From: Eledone cirrhosa
Taxonomy: Eukaryota
Direction: 5' to 3'
Assembly (NCBI GenBank): GCA_964016885.1
Contig: OZ024740.1
Coordinates: 202,988,001-203,052,000 of the forward strand
Length of the DNA: 64,000 nt
This document shows, piece after piece, positions 1-12,338 of this stretch (positions within the stretch are counted from its first letter, which is position 1; the number at the start of each line of letters is the position of its first letter). Under the pieces are notes generated by a model. The model searched no databases. It worked only from the letters and a program-made list of their open reading frames with translations, and was not told where the DNA came from. Both the position numbers and the translations under genes were made by a program.

Positions 1-222
1 CTCCAGTCCACTCGGCTGGTAAAAATGAATTGTACCTGTAATTTAAGGTATCAATCAGCCTTGTCACACATTGTGTCACGCTGAATTTCCCTGAGAATTG
101 TGTTAAGGGTGCACGTGTTTGTGGAATGCTTAGCCACTTACACGTTAATTTCACGAGCAAATTGTTCCGTTAATTGAATCAATTGGAGCAGTCGTCGTCG
201 GAAACGACGGAGGTCCAACAAC
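1..222 (+). mobile_element. 3' portion of a tRNA-derived SINE (same family as 48290-49780, 40900-41100, 51500-51630, 52088-52185)
   Basis: ctccagtccactcggctgg...gaatttccctgagaa...ggaatgcttagccacttacacgttaatttcacgag recurs, diverged, at the listed positions on both strands. Confidence 0.7.
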
Positions 223-424
223 ACACTTCATGCAAAGTACTCCTCTCAAGCATTTTTCAAGCACTCCACTGCATTATTTCTTTCTTCGTTGCTATATATT
301 TGGACATATATTAAATCTAGACAACTTGCTTCGCTAATGAGTCATACAGGAACGAAATATGTCCATTGCTTTCACAAAGTTGGCTTATAGACAATGTCCA
401 CATGCGCTGCACTGTTCAAAAAGA

Positions 425-515
425 TTTGGATCAGGTATTGCCGTCGAATTTGTCTCCTTTGCTTCTCATTACCTGAGCAACCCTAAAAGCAGGTTGCGGG
501 CATAGTCCCAGTTAA
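425..515. repeat. 91-bp direct repeat, copy 1 (copy 2 at 1236-1326)
   Basis: tttggatcaggtattgcc...catagtcccagttaa appears identical at both sites. Confidence 0.9.
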
Positions 516-582
516 TTGAAGGTTTTTCCTATCACCATATTCAAAATATGAGACACTCTCGTCTCTATACAGATATATAATA

Positions 583-665
<83 letters not shown>

Positions 666-843
666 ATGAAAACTCACACGGTTACATAACATGAACTGAC
701 AAATGCATTGTTACCTCGTCAGCCACCTTACTGGCAGTGCAGTTTAACGCATTAAGGTGGCACTGCATTTGCGCAATAAATCGGAGTGTTGATGTGATAC
801 ATATGAGACGATAACAAAACAACGAATAGACAGGGTACATTTG

Positions 844-896
<53 letters not shown>

Positions 897-901
<5 letters not shown>

Positions 902-998
902 CTCAGAGAGTGGGATTAGTCAAGTGCATGACCTGCCTAAAAATGCACCAAACTCTATAATCTGACAAGCGATTGTAACACTCTTAGCAGAGTTTTTA

Positions 999-1005
<7 letters not shown>
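897..1005 (+). mobile_element. 3' end of an RTE-related element inserted in (TA)n
   Basis: aatctgacaagcgattgtaacactcttagcagagtttttagccatcat resembles the terminus at 7728-7775. Confidence 0.5.
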
Positions 1006-1031
<26 letters not shown>

Positions 1032-1235
1032 GAAAATCGTAATTGACAATATGCTCAGAAATTGAAGAGGGACTGTGTTACGCTCTCTTCTGTAATCAGT
1101 AAAGTAATCCATGATACATTTAAAAAAGATGATATATATAAACTGCATTATGGTGAAATGTAATGAAAACGAAAAAGGAGAAAATTAACGACGGAAATAT
1201 AAACGTTATGATATAAAGATACAAATATATTAACG

Positions 1236-1326
1236 TTTGGATCAGGTATTGCCGTCGAATTTGTCTCCTTTGCTTCTCATTACCTGAGCAACCCTAAAAG
1301 CAGGTTGCGGGCATAGTCCCAGTTAA
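1236..1326. repeat. 91-bp direct repeat, copy 2
   Basis: Matches 425-515. Confidence 0.9.
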
Positions 1327-1482
1327 GGGATATGATATATCATAACCGGAAGTATTGACATTTGAAAATTTTAAAAGTTAATCTTAAAATAAGCAATCAT
1401 TATATATAAGAATGTTTATGTTTAATCAACAGTTACGAAATTTAGTACATAAATTATGTAATATTCATTCATTATTTATTTG

Positions 1483-1668
1483 GATTGGCTATATCGGTAG
1501 AGGGTCGGACGCCATGCTTTGACGCATAGAGTTACAGCCCTTTATGATCTGAGTTCAAATCCCGCCGAGGTTAACTTTGCCTTTCATCCTTACGGGGTCG
1601 ATAAAATAAAGTACCAGTAATGCACTGAGTAATTGCTGGCCTTGTGCCAAAAGTAGAAACAATTATTT
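1483..1668 (+). mobile_element. tRNA-derived SINE with Nin/Deu-like central domain (family A)
   Basis: Box A-like tggctatatcggtagag, box B-like gagttcaaatcc, core ctttgcctttcatccttacggggtcgataaaataaagtaccag, tail gtagaaacaattatt; roughly 10 full or partial copies in the window. Confidence 0.85.
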
Positions 1669-1818
1669 ATTGAAAGTAATCCAACTTATTTTACTAACGA
1701 GATAAAAAAAATATATTCAGGACACAGTGCGGCACTCCTTCCTCTATTATATTATGATTTCAATGGCCAGGTTGCGTAGAATCCCGGTGACATCACCAAA
1801 CTTCAATAAATACATATA

Positions 1819-2073
1819 CAGGGGTGGTGGAAGCATTTCTGAATTGGAGGGGGGTGAAGTGGCAAATTTGGTCAATTTAGATATAGTGATTTAGTTTAGC
1901 TCTTTGAACTCTAGAATGGTCAGAAAACTCCGATATCCGATAAACATAACATATACATAAATTATAGCGCATATCCAAATAGATGTGTGTTTTGGTAGTT
2001 TGGGGAGAAAAATGTAATTATTAAGGGAAAGGGGACATGGCTCCATGCCCCCTCCCACAGTTCCATCGCCCCA

Positions 2074-2074
<1 letters not shown>
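1819..2074. mobile_element. Possible MITE with imperfect TIRs
   Basis: caggggtggtggaa ... ttccatcgccccag (11/14 inverted match), TA-flanked; internal 1965-2022 recurs at about 3405-3460. Confidence 0.4.
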
Positions 2075-2124
<50 letters not shown>

Positions 2125-2283
2125 TTGTGCTCTGTACCCTTTCCTAAGGGGTTAATATATCGAGCTTCTTCGCATTTGGTAATAAGCTGGTATTATACCC
2201 AATATACTCATCTCATATAAATATATATATATATATTATTCAAAATGTTAACAAATGAAAAATATTCTCATAATCAAAATATA

Positions 2284-2346
2284 TATTTTATTATACATAT
2301 TTCAAAGGTACAATGGTGTTTAAGTACGTTTTCATCAGACAAAATA
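2284..2346 (-). ncRNA. Minimal type I hammerhead ribozyme (mirror of 2458-2520)
   Basis: Reverse complement of the + strand motif. Confidence 0.75.
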
Positions 2347-2457
2347 TATGATTTGATAAGTGACATACCGCTACGGTCTTGATTATTCAATTCCAGTACT
2401 GCCAATACTGGAATTGAATAATCAAGACCGTAGCGGTATGTCACTTATCAAATCATA

Positions 2458-2520
2458 TATTTTGTCTGATGAAAACGTACTTAAACACCATTGTACCTTT
2501 GAAATATGTATAATAAAATA
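2458..2520 (+). ncRNA. Minimal type I hammerhead ribozyme, PLE type
   Basis: tattttgt CTGATGA aaacgtac..gtaccttt GAAA tatgta TA ataaaata: stems I and II pair; stem III is 1 bp plus a near-palindromic loop. Confidence 0.75.
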
Positions 2521-2789
2521 TATATTTTGATTATGATAATATTTTTCATTTGTTAACATTTTGAATAATATTAAAAACTCCAGGAAAATCCACTGTTGAG
2601 TGCTTCTAATCTATTGTAATATTGTATTCGTTGAGTAATTAACGAACCATACTTATCTTTGGGTATATATATACAATCATTTATTATGGCTATTGGTGAA
2701 ACTCTAGAGTTTCACCTGGGCACTCACAGGATCACCAGTCTTATGTAATGATCCACCAAACTCTTCTCCTCGCCATCACACAAAACTCT

Positions 2790-3395
2790 GTTCTAATCTA
2801 CTTATCTGTATCTACTAAAACCAAACACTACCCCTCTCTATATCTACCATGACACCACCTCACTTATACCCTTCTCTATATTTAACATTAATACACTCAC
2901 CCCTCCATATAAATATAAACACGTATTTCTCTTAATCCCCTCTATATATAAATCACCCCTAAACTCTCACCCCATCGATATCTACCACACGGCACTATCC
3001 CATTATCCCTTTCTCTATATCTACAACCACCAGATTCTTCCCCTTCTCTATATCTAACATAAAATTCACTCTCCCAATCCCCCTCTTTATATCAATCATC
3101 TCCAAACTCACCATCTCTACCACACTCTCTCGTAATTGTTCTCTCTCTATCCATCATAAAGGCCCCCTCTATACCTTTTACGACAATGTCTCATCCCAAA
3201 CCCCTCTTTATATCTCCTAGAATTGAAATCTACCCCTCTCTATGACTACTGCTTGGAACTCTCTTTCAATTACCCTCTCTATATCTAGTAACACCATACT
3301 CTCCCTTTCTCTATATCTACTACACGGAACTCTCTTCTAATCCCTCTCTCTATATGACTTAACACCAAACTCTCCTCCTCTCTATATCTACATGT
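2790..3395. repeat. Degenerate pyrimidine-rich tandem repeat (ccctctctatatctac-like units)
   Basis: Motif recurs at roughly 45-50 bp spacing. Confidence 0.6.
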
Positions 3396-3659
3396 ACATA
3401 AATTGTAGCGCATATACAAATGTGTGTTTTGGTAGTTTGGGGAGAAAAATATAATTATGGGGGGGGGGGGTATGCAAACAAGCCTCAATTTTATAGCCAT
3501 GTCAGTAGAATGAACCCTTCATTCTTGCTCTTGTGTTGGCATGCGAACAGAACTGCAGACACTAATATTTATGCGTATCACCCTTCATCAGTACAGCTGA
3601 CTGTTCACTGCCAAACTGTCAGAGCTAGTGAAAATATATGTTATTTTCAAAAATACACA

Positions 3660-3775
3660 GTGACTGATCGGCCTGATTTGTATGTCAGCAGACTGGCTGA
3701 TCAGTCAGATCTGCATATTAGCAGATGCACTGATCAGCCAGATTTGCATATCAGTAGACTGGCCAGTCAGTTTCC
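3660..3775. repeat. Degenerate 33-bp tandem repeat, about 3.5 copies
   Basis: ctgatcagccagatttgcatatcagtagactgg-like units (ORF shows repeated DQPDLHISR). Confidence 0.65.
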
Positions 3776-5073
3776 TGTATACAAGCTATCAGTATACAAA
3801 AATTTTATTGAATACTGAATTGCTTCCCAAATAACCCCTCAATGCAATGTCACTAAAATTTCCGAAGCAGATTAGACATCTTATATAAAAAAAATAAAAT
3901 ATAGAACATACAATCAGATAGAACAAGGAAATATTCCTTTACATTAGCAAGATATTGTTTACCAGTACACCCAGACAGCTGTTTCTAGCTCCGAAGAACA
4001 TGCGATAATTACCACAATTAAATTGACAATTAGCGCGCCTAGATTGGAGGTTTCGTCAGTGGGCCAATCTTAGTTAATTAATCAACCGATCAGTTAATCT
4101 TTAATCAATAAACTAATCAACCAAATATACAAGACATCTAACCGTCATCGAAGACGTGTGAGACAAGGTTTCACCACGTGTATCGTGTAAGGCGGAAAAA
4201 ACTCTTTTTCCGCCTCATACGATCTTTTTTCTTACACAGATCTGAAGGGCCTTTATCGACAGGGCCGGAATCTTTTTGCTAAGCGCTGCATCGCGCTACT
4301 TGCTCGAGCAGGTGGAAATGATGCTTCTCTTCCGAGGAACCAGAGTGGAATAACCCCAAGAAAACTTATCTCGCCTCACCTCAAGCCGGCCAGCTTCTCC
4401 AGACGACTGACGCCGACCGAGATAAAGAGAAATAGCAGCCAGATATCATTTGGGGGTCAGTATGTACGAAGTCATTTCGCTACAGATCTATCTTTCTATT
4501 CCTTCTACTATCTGTCATCCTATATCCGATAAAGGAGTAACGTTCGAGACGTTAATTATTTTCCTACCATATCAAGCGTTAAACTAATATATATCGTCAT
4601 TAAATTGTAATGTTCTTCCGTGTTGGCTTTCCTTGCTGACATTTCTGTCTCTCTCTCATACGTACCCACACACCACACACACATATATGTAATATATCAT
4701 ATGTAATAATATATATGTGTGCGTCTGCATGTGTATCTGTGTGTGCATGTGTGTATGTGTCTTTGTGCGTGTGAGTGCGTATGTGTGTGCTTATGTGTGT
4801 GTATGCATATATGTGTATGTGTGTGCGTATGTGTGTGTGTATGTGCTTGTGAGTATTGTGTGTGTGTTTGCGTGTTTGTGTGTGTATGTGCTTGTGTGTG
4901 TGTGTGTGTGTGTGTGCTTGTGAGTATGTGTATGTTTGTGTGTGTGCTTGGATTCACATTGCTGTGATTGGTGCGATATATTACAGTATCATCAAATATC
5001 AGAACACTCTTTTCATTGATATGTGTATTAGACAACTCACTTTCATACACACACGTATATATATACATATGTG

Positions 5074-5682
5074 CAAGGGCCTTATTTCAGGGGGGTAGCA
5101 GAGGATAACACACACACACACACACACACTTTTTCAAACGTCTATGTTTTATTATTTGTTTATTTGATATAATAAATTCTTTTTAAGGTCATTTTTTTAT
5201 ATCTGAACTTCATTTGAATATATAAAATTTAATTAGTGTAAAATGTTTACTTATGTGAAAGGCACCATAAGTAATTTATGCTCCTTTAAGAATCAACAAA
5301 TGTTGGTTTGTCCCTCCTCACATTTTTAAGGCAAACGGGGGCCTCTGCATATGTGTGTATGTATGTATACACATATACACATATATACAAGGGCCTTGTT
5401 TCAGGGGAGTACCGGGACACGCCCCCCCACCCCTCACCCACCCCACCCCCCACCCAAACACACACACTTTTTAAAACGTCTATATTTTATTTTTTCTTTA
5501 TTTGATATAATAAATTCTTTTTAAGCTTATTTTTTATATCCGAACTTCATTTGAATATATAAAATTCAATTAGCGTAAATAGGGTTCGCGAAAGGCACCG
5601 TAAGTAGGGTTCGCGAAAGGCACCGTAAGCAATACTAACATGCTACTTTAAGAATCAACAAATGAGGCAAATGAGGCCCCGG
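5074..5682. mobile_element. Two tandem copies of a MITE-like element (5074-5347, 5388-5682)
   Basis: Both start caagggcctt(a/g)tttcagggg, share ttttaaaacgtctat...gaacttcatttgaatatataaaat...ctttaagaatcaacaaatg, and end in g(a/g)ggcc(c/t)c(g/t)g. Confidence 0.55.
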
Positions 5683-5705
5683 CATATATACATATATATA
5701 TGTAT

Positions 5706-5738
<33 letters not shown>

Positions 5739-5834
5739 CATATATATATACACACACACATATATATATGTGGATATACATACATATGTATATAGATACA
5801 TACATACATATATATACATGTTGAATGTGTGTGT

Positions 5835-6250
5835 CATCATCATCATCATCATCACCGTTTTACGTCCGTTCTTCCACGCTAGCATGGGTTAGACGAGTTG
5901 TCCTGTTGTGGGCAGTGTCTGGTCAGCTGACCATGCCTTGCTCATACAGGAACTGATCTGGCTTGATTTCTACAGCTGGATGCCCTTCCTAACACCAACC
6001 TCATTTACAGTGAGTGCTGGGTGCTTTTTCCGTGGCGCCTACACGTCCACTTTAGAGTGTGGGCTGGGTGCTTTTTTGCCGTGGCACCTCCACGACCACC
6101 TTGCAGTTGGAGGGTGTGGGGGCATATTGTCTATATGCTTCAGCTTGTACCCACTCTGTATTATTGCGTGACGCCAGAGGTCACGGTCGTGTGTCATCGC
6201 CTTTGGGAGGTGTAATTGGGTAAGGTCGGCTTTTATCACCTCATCCCAAG
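5835..6250 (-). mobile_element. 3' end of an RTE-clade LINE
   Basis: C-terminal WDEVIKADL...AMTHDRDLWRHAI, 3' UTR ggttggtgttaggaagggcatccagctgtag, (GAT)n tail. Confidence 0.7.
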
Positions 6251-6299
6251 TGTGTATATATGTATATATGTGTGTATATATGTATATATATATATTTTT

Positions 6300-6489
6300 T
6301 TTTTATCGATCGACTTTCGTCAAATCGGACCGAGGAGACAATGCTTCCGTTGGTCTTTCCAGTTGCTAGTACTATCTATCGGTCGCAACTCCAGGTAGAA
6401 GGAGCAACGCATCGCCCGGTCCAGGAATCGAACTCACAACCTCAAGATTGTCAATCCAATTCTCTAACCACTCAGCCACACGCCTTCAC

Positions 6490-6490
<1 letters not shown>
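6300..6490 (-). mobile_element. tRNA-derived SINE head
   Basis: ggcgtgtggctgagtggttagag (box A-like) ... gagttcgattcc (box B-like). Confidence 0.65.
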
Positions 6491-6558
<68 letters not shown>

Positions 6559-6768
6559 GCACAAATATGTGTGTGGTGAGATGTTACACACACACACTGA
6601 CATACACTCACATACACACAAACACTCACATACACGCACATACACACACACACTCTCTCTCTCACACACACACACTCACACATACAGACACACACACGTA
6701 GGGAGAGAGATAGTCCAAGGAGGGTTGTGAAGAAAGCATTAGGTATGTATTATTTATATATATGGGTA

Positions 6769-6813
<45 letters not shown>

Positions 6814-7419
6814 GTGTGAGTTTTCATATCTACGTATGTATGTGTAAACCTACCTTTATATATGTACACGCGCGTGTGTGTGTGTGTGTGTGTGCGTGCG
6901 CGCGCGTGTGTGTGTGTGTGTATAAATGTGCGTGAATAGGTAAGCACATGTACGTATGTAGAAATATACACACCACACGTTAATTATATGTACACGTGAG
7001 TGTATATTAAGTCGGATCATGTCAAATACTGTGTGTTCCTCGTTGCTCTGATATATATGTGTAAGAGTGCATGTGTGTGTATACGTGTGCGTGGTGTGTG
7101 TACATGTGTCTGTGTATATATGCGTGGCCTGTGTTTGTGTGGATGGGTGTGCGCATATGTGAGTGTCTCTATGTATACGCGTGAGGTGTGAGCGCGTGTG
7201 AATGCATATGTATGTGTGAGTGCACCGTAATTATGTGTGTAGGTTTGTGTGTATGCGTATGAGTATAGTGCGACTATGTATATGTGTGTGTACACGTATT
7301 ACGAGCATATGTATGTATGTGTGTGTATATATATATGTTTTGTTTCATGTATGCATGTATAAATGTATGTATGTATGTATGTATGTATGTATGTATGTAT
7401 GTATGTATGTTTTATGTAT

Positions 7420-7775
7420 GCATAGAGCACGAGAAGATCAAACGAGATGTGCGTAAGCAATGCCCTGGTGTATCTCTCGAAACGATCCATTGAATTGAAG
7501 TGCCCCGAGTGTGGAAAAATTTGCTCAAGCAAATCTGGTCTCAGGAGCCACAGTTGCAGCCATGTTCAAAGAGAACCAGTGAACTATGATCTCCACGGTA
7601 TTGTGAGGGTTCATGGGCAACCTGATGCAGGACCTCAAGCCAGGGAGATCCATAGTTGTCGTCAGTGTGTGAAGGAGTGCAAGTCTCTAGCAGGCTTGAA
7701 AAGCCATATCCGAGCGTCACACATCTGAATCTGACAAGCGATTGCAATACCCTTGGCAGAGTTTGCAGCCATCAT
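7420..7775 (+). mobile_element. RTE-type 3' terminus with two C2H2 zinc-finger remnants and (ATGT)n tail
   Basis: CPECGKICSSKSGLRSH and CRQCVKECKSLAGLKSHIRASH, then gcagccatcatgtatgtatg. Confidence 0.65.
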
Positions 7776-7817
7776 GTATGTATGTATGTTTGTATGTGTG
7801 TATGTATGTATGTATGT

Positions 7818-8052
7818 AAAGCTTCACGGCACAGGCATTGCTTTATATCTGGAGATCTCTCTGCACTTGCCGTCACATGGTACCATGGGCCCAGCACTAT
7901 ATGTCAATAATTGTCACAAGTGTAGTGTTTGTACCAGAGTTTTCAACACGCTGGCTGGACTAAAAAGTCACACTCGTTCAGCGCATCGGTGTGGGTTCTC
8001 CTACACGGATATAAAGTAGTGGCCGTACTCGAAAACGGGTTGGCAGCCACCA
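7818..8052 (+). mobile_element. 5'-truncated copy of the RTE-derived element at 11910-13030
   Basis: Matches 12104-12338; encodes CSVCTRVFNTLAGLKSHTRSAH; (ATGT)n tail. Confidence 0.75.
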
Positions 8053-8169
8053 TGTATATATGTATGTATGTATGAATGTATGTATGTATGTATGTATGTA
8101 TGTATGTATGTATGTATGTATGTATGTATGTATGTATGTATGTATGTATGTATGCATGTGTGTATGTAT

Positions 8170-11100
8170 GTTCTGGTTTTATAATTTCACAAATGTTTGC
8201 CAATAGAGAGAGAGTCGGTTTCTAACATAGTCACAAGACTCTCTCGTTAGATTTAACCAAAATCAACTATTTGTATGCATATCTGCATGCATGTGTGTGC
8301 AGGTATGGATGTTATTGTATGTGTGGATGTGGATGTTTTGAGTTGTATGTGTGCATGTGCACACGCTTGGTATATGTACAAGGGTATATGCAGTTATTAG
8401 ATGCAGAATTTTTTTAATGTTTTACATATTTTTACTGTTCCATTAATGGATTGCACTTGTAATTTCCTAACTAGTCGTCTTCTTTCTATTTCTGTGAAGC
8501 CCAGATACTCAAGATTTGTATTGAGGCAGTTACTAACATACCCCAGTGCCCCAATAATCACAGGCATAAATCTGAAGGTATAGTCAGGGTGGAGTATCTG
8601 CAGATTTCTCATCAATTCTGCATAAATGTTCTCCTTTTCACTAATCTTTGATATTATATTGGCATCTGCTGGGCAGCTAACCTCCACTACTGTGCAGTCT
8701 GCACTTGTTGTCACATTTAGGTGTTTTGCCTGCATCCCTATCTCTTTTGTGAAACAGGTATTTTGTCTGATTTCCTGTTCTTGGATTGCAAAAGCGTATC
8801 CTTCAAAGTGGGAGCCAATATAGCGGTTGTTGGTTCAAGATAGACTACTTTCCTTATCTATATTACTCTCACTCTGGAGTTTCCTGGCAACATATCCATG
8901 CATGATTTTTTGCTGATGAGCATGCAGTTTTTCATCCATGGATTCACTGCGATACTGCTGAGCGACTTCCCTGGGTGTTAATTTTTGATTATCACACAGA
9001 GAATATCTCTCGAGGAATTCATTCCCAACTCTCATGATCTTATCTGTTTAATGCAGATAGACATGCTCGAGAAACGGCCTCCTACGCTTCGAGGTTCGTA
9101 GATGTTGTCGGAGAGATATGATGCGACATTCAAATGTTGTCTGGACTGATGTTAGGCCTCTGCCTCCCTGCTTACGTTTCAAGTAAAGGCGGTCTATGTC
9201 ACTGTTGATGTGGAAGTTTCTGGTGTTGTTTAGTATTTTTCGAGTTCCAGCATCAACTGCTCGGATTTTGTCTATCGTCCAATTGAGTATTCCAAACGTT
9301 GGTGTTAGGACAGGCACAGCAAACACATTGTGAGCCATTGTTTTGTTTTGCGCAGAGAGTTCCGATGACCAGATCTTTCTTAATCGGGTGTAGTATTCTC
9401 TGGTTACGCGTTCTTTATTACAGATACCATTATAGGATATGTTCTCATCTATCCCTAGGTATCTGTAGCAGTCCTTATCAGATATCGGTGAAACAGTTAG
9501 GCCATTGATGACAATGTTGCTAGATTGGGTTGTTGTTTTTGCCCGCTTTACAGTCATGTATGAGCATTTATCTTGGCCAAACTCCATTACTATATCCTTT
9601 GAGAACGTTGTAACCAGGTCAAGATTTTTCTTCATCCATCCATGTTCTTGGCATAGAGTTTCAGATCGTCCACAAAGAAATTATGGGTTAGGTTCGTATT
9701 TCTGTCCTCCTGTGAGCCAATGATGTATCCCTCACATTTCGTGAGCAGAAAGGACAAGGGGTTTAATGACAAGATGAATAATATCACAGAGAAACTGTCC
9801 CCCTGAAATATACCCCTGCAATATTTTATTTTATCAGTGAAAATAGAGTCCTCCCTCTCTGTCTTTAACCTTAGGATAGTAGCCCAAGAAGAAGACAGCC
9901 TCTCTATGGCTCTGACAATAATGTCTGGGACTTTAGTAAGTTGGTGGGCCTCTATCATCCAAGAGTGTGGAACAGAATCGAAAGCTTTCCTATAATCCAG
10001 CCAGACTGTGCCATATTCCACCTAAGTTGTCGCACCTCCGACATAGCAGTTTTGTTGATTAGGAGTTATTCAGCACATCCCCAAACTCTTTTCTTTCCAG
10101 CTGCTAGTTCATCTGTGATGATGTTATTATTTTCACAGTGATCTTGGAGGAATAGGTTCAGGCAGGCTGTAAACATCTTATACATCAGGTTCTGGCATGC
10201 AATGGGTCGGTTTTTGTTCTTTGTTCTTTGGGACCGTAATGTTTGTGCTAATGTTAACTATTCTGGTATAAGTGTATCTCCCTTAAGAACTTGTTGGTAG
10301 AGGTCAGTAAAATACCTCCGATAGAATATCAGTTTTTGTACCAGTAGCCGACAATCATGTCTCTTCCTGGTGTTTTCTTATCAAGGGTACCCTCACTTAT
10401 TTCGTATGCTTTTGTTGTAGTGTAGGAGCAATAGTTCTTTCGGATTTCTCTTAGCCACACTACATCGTGGTTGAAATTCTTCTTTTCACCCCATCTTGGT
10501 TGAAATTCTTCTTTTCACCTCCAAAAGGAATCTATGTCTTTCTGGGATGGGGCCTCTGACACTTATTATTTTATTCTTCATATCTCTATAGACTGATGTT
10601 TGGTTTCGTCTGAATCTTTTATTAAGCACTTTTCTCTCATCTACCTTCTTCAGGTATCGGCGTTTTTCGCTAACAGCTCTGAATTCTTGTTTCAGAGTGA
10701 TCAGCTTATATTGAAGAGTTCTGGTTCTACTGTTACCAAACATCGTCTCTATTTTATTTTTCACTCTTTGTTGGTGAGGAGTGAGGTTTTTTTGTGTTTC
10801 TTTGCATGTAAGGAGCATATCCTATGGTTTTTCGTAGGTCAGCAATCTTTTTTTCTATTTTAGTTATATATGATGGTATTTTTGGTGGTGTTCTGTTCTT
10901 ATTAATATCTCTGCTATCACCAAGATAATGCTTCACTGTCGTTGCTAGGGCATATAAACAGGCGTTGATTTGCCAAAATGTTGGGGTTTTTATCCGTCGT
11001 AAATATTCATCCCCTATTTCGTCAATAACACGTAATATTTCATTATTTAGTTTTTTATTAAACATTGTCGTTTTAATACGTTCAGCAAGAGAGATATTTA

Positions 11101-11905
11101 TACATGAATTAATTTCTCTCTGGAAGATTTCGTTGAGAGAAATTTTCAATTGTTTATACTTTTGATTATTATCATTATCGATAGTATTTTCCGCAACAGT
11201 CGAGGTAGACTCGTATGGTACACGTGGTGTCAAATTTCTTCGATTATTATTATTATCGATAGAGTTTTCCCCAGCATTCGAGGTAGACTTAGATGGTACA
11301 GGTGGTGTCAAGTTTCTTACAGGCATAGTAGACCTGTAGCACGTGTTGTTGATCCCATGTTTGTTGTGGGGGACTTACAATTAATAATATTTATCTTATT
11401 TTTACGTTCAACAAACGTCGCTTGTTGGCGAAATTGTTTCGCTGTGAAATAATTTAGCTCTGGGTGTATTTCGTCCTAGTGTAGCTTCATTCTGTTCATA
11501 TAGCCAATGGAGGGATTGTTTTTTGCCATTTTATAACAATTAAATAAATCATTATTAAGTTCCCAACTCCAAGAGAAATGCGATTTATAATTTCGGTCTC
11601 TTCTGTAGCTACAACTGAATAAAGTTTATTTACCTTTCTTGTTGTTTGTCTTCGATACTTCCTTAATTTTGTTGTTGATGTTGTGTTCAGCCATGCTGTT
11701 TGTAGCAAATCCTTGTAAAATGAATTATGTATTTAGTCGGATATCTCTACGAATTCGAATAAAAGGTGTCTTCAGAAGATATAGTTAGAAAAATAACCAG
11801 TTATTCAACATGACTGTAGTTGTGGCATTATTGTCGGAGATAGTATTCATCTTAAATTTAATAAATAGTCTCCCACGCCAAAATATGCGACTGATCGCGT
11901 TGACT
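8170..11905 (-). mobile_element. Degenerate R4/Dong-like non-LTR retrotransposon (RT + restriction-like endonuclease)
   Basis: RT motifs WLDYRKAFDSVPH, GIFQGDSFS..LF.LSLNPLS, HNFFVDDLKLYA; RLE motif VVEVSCPAD..K..EK...Y.EL...PVIIGALG; frameshifts and deletions; (TACA)n at both ends. Confidence 0.85.
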
Positions 11906-11909
11906 ATGT

Positions 11910-12338
11910 ATGCCATCCAAAATCACCGGGAGAGATGACCCCTTAGCCTTTGTCAAGGCAGAATTCTAGGAGAAGGAAAACTCTGATATAGCACCTGCAA
12001 CCCTGATGGTATCCAATGATATTGACTTGTTCTTCTTTTTGGTAAATATCATCTTGGTTAAGAGAGCGGGACTGGCTTTGTGCAGTGCCTTTGCTCACTA
12101 TAAAAGCTTCACGGCACAGGCATTGCTTTATATCTGGAGATCTCTCTGCACTTGTCGTCACATGGTACCATGGGCCTAGCACTATGTGTCAATAATTGTC
12201 ACAAGTGTAGTGTTTGTACCAGAGTTTTCAAGTCGCTGGCTGGACTAAAAAGTCACACTCGTTCAGCGCATCAGTAGGGATTCTCCTACATGGATATAAA
12301 GTAGTGGCCGTACTCGAAAACGAGTTGACAGCCACCAT
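11910..12338 (+). mobile_element. Non-autonomous RTE-derived element, copy 1 (5'-truncated)
   Basis: Near-identical to 12604-13030; C2H2 remnant CSVCTRVFKSLAGLKSHTRSAH; (ATGT)n tail. Confidence 0.75.

Larger units (their letters stand above)
2233..2571. repeat. Near-perfect palindrome, 166-bp arms, 7-nt loop
   Basis: 2233-2398 is the reverse complement of 2406-2571 with one mismatch seen. Confidence 0.95.

Noticed and set aside
430-480. SECIS element on the - strand (ATGA...AAA...GA)
   Set aside because: No 11-14 bp helix II can form between the ATGA and GA quartet halves.
1483-1570. tRNA genes
   Set aside because: Box A/B-like motifs belong to SINE heads; spacing and stems do not give a cloverleaf, and all continue into the SINE core.
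7447-8019. Host C2H2 zinc-finger gene
   Set aside because: Fingers lack TGEKP linkers, recur in multi-copy units and end in (ATGT)n tails, as expected for RTE C-termini.
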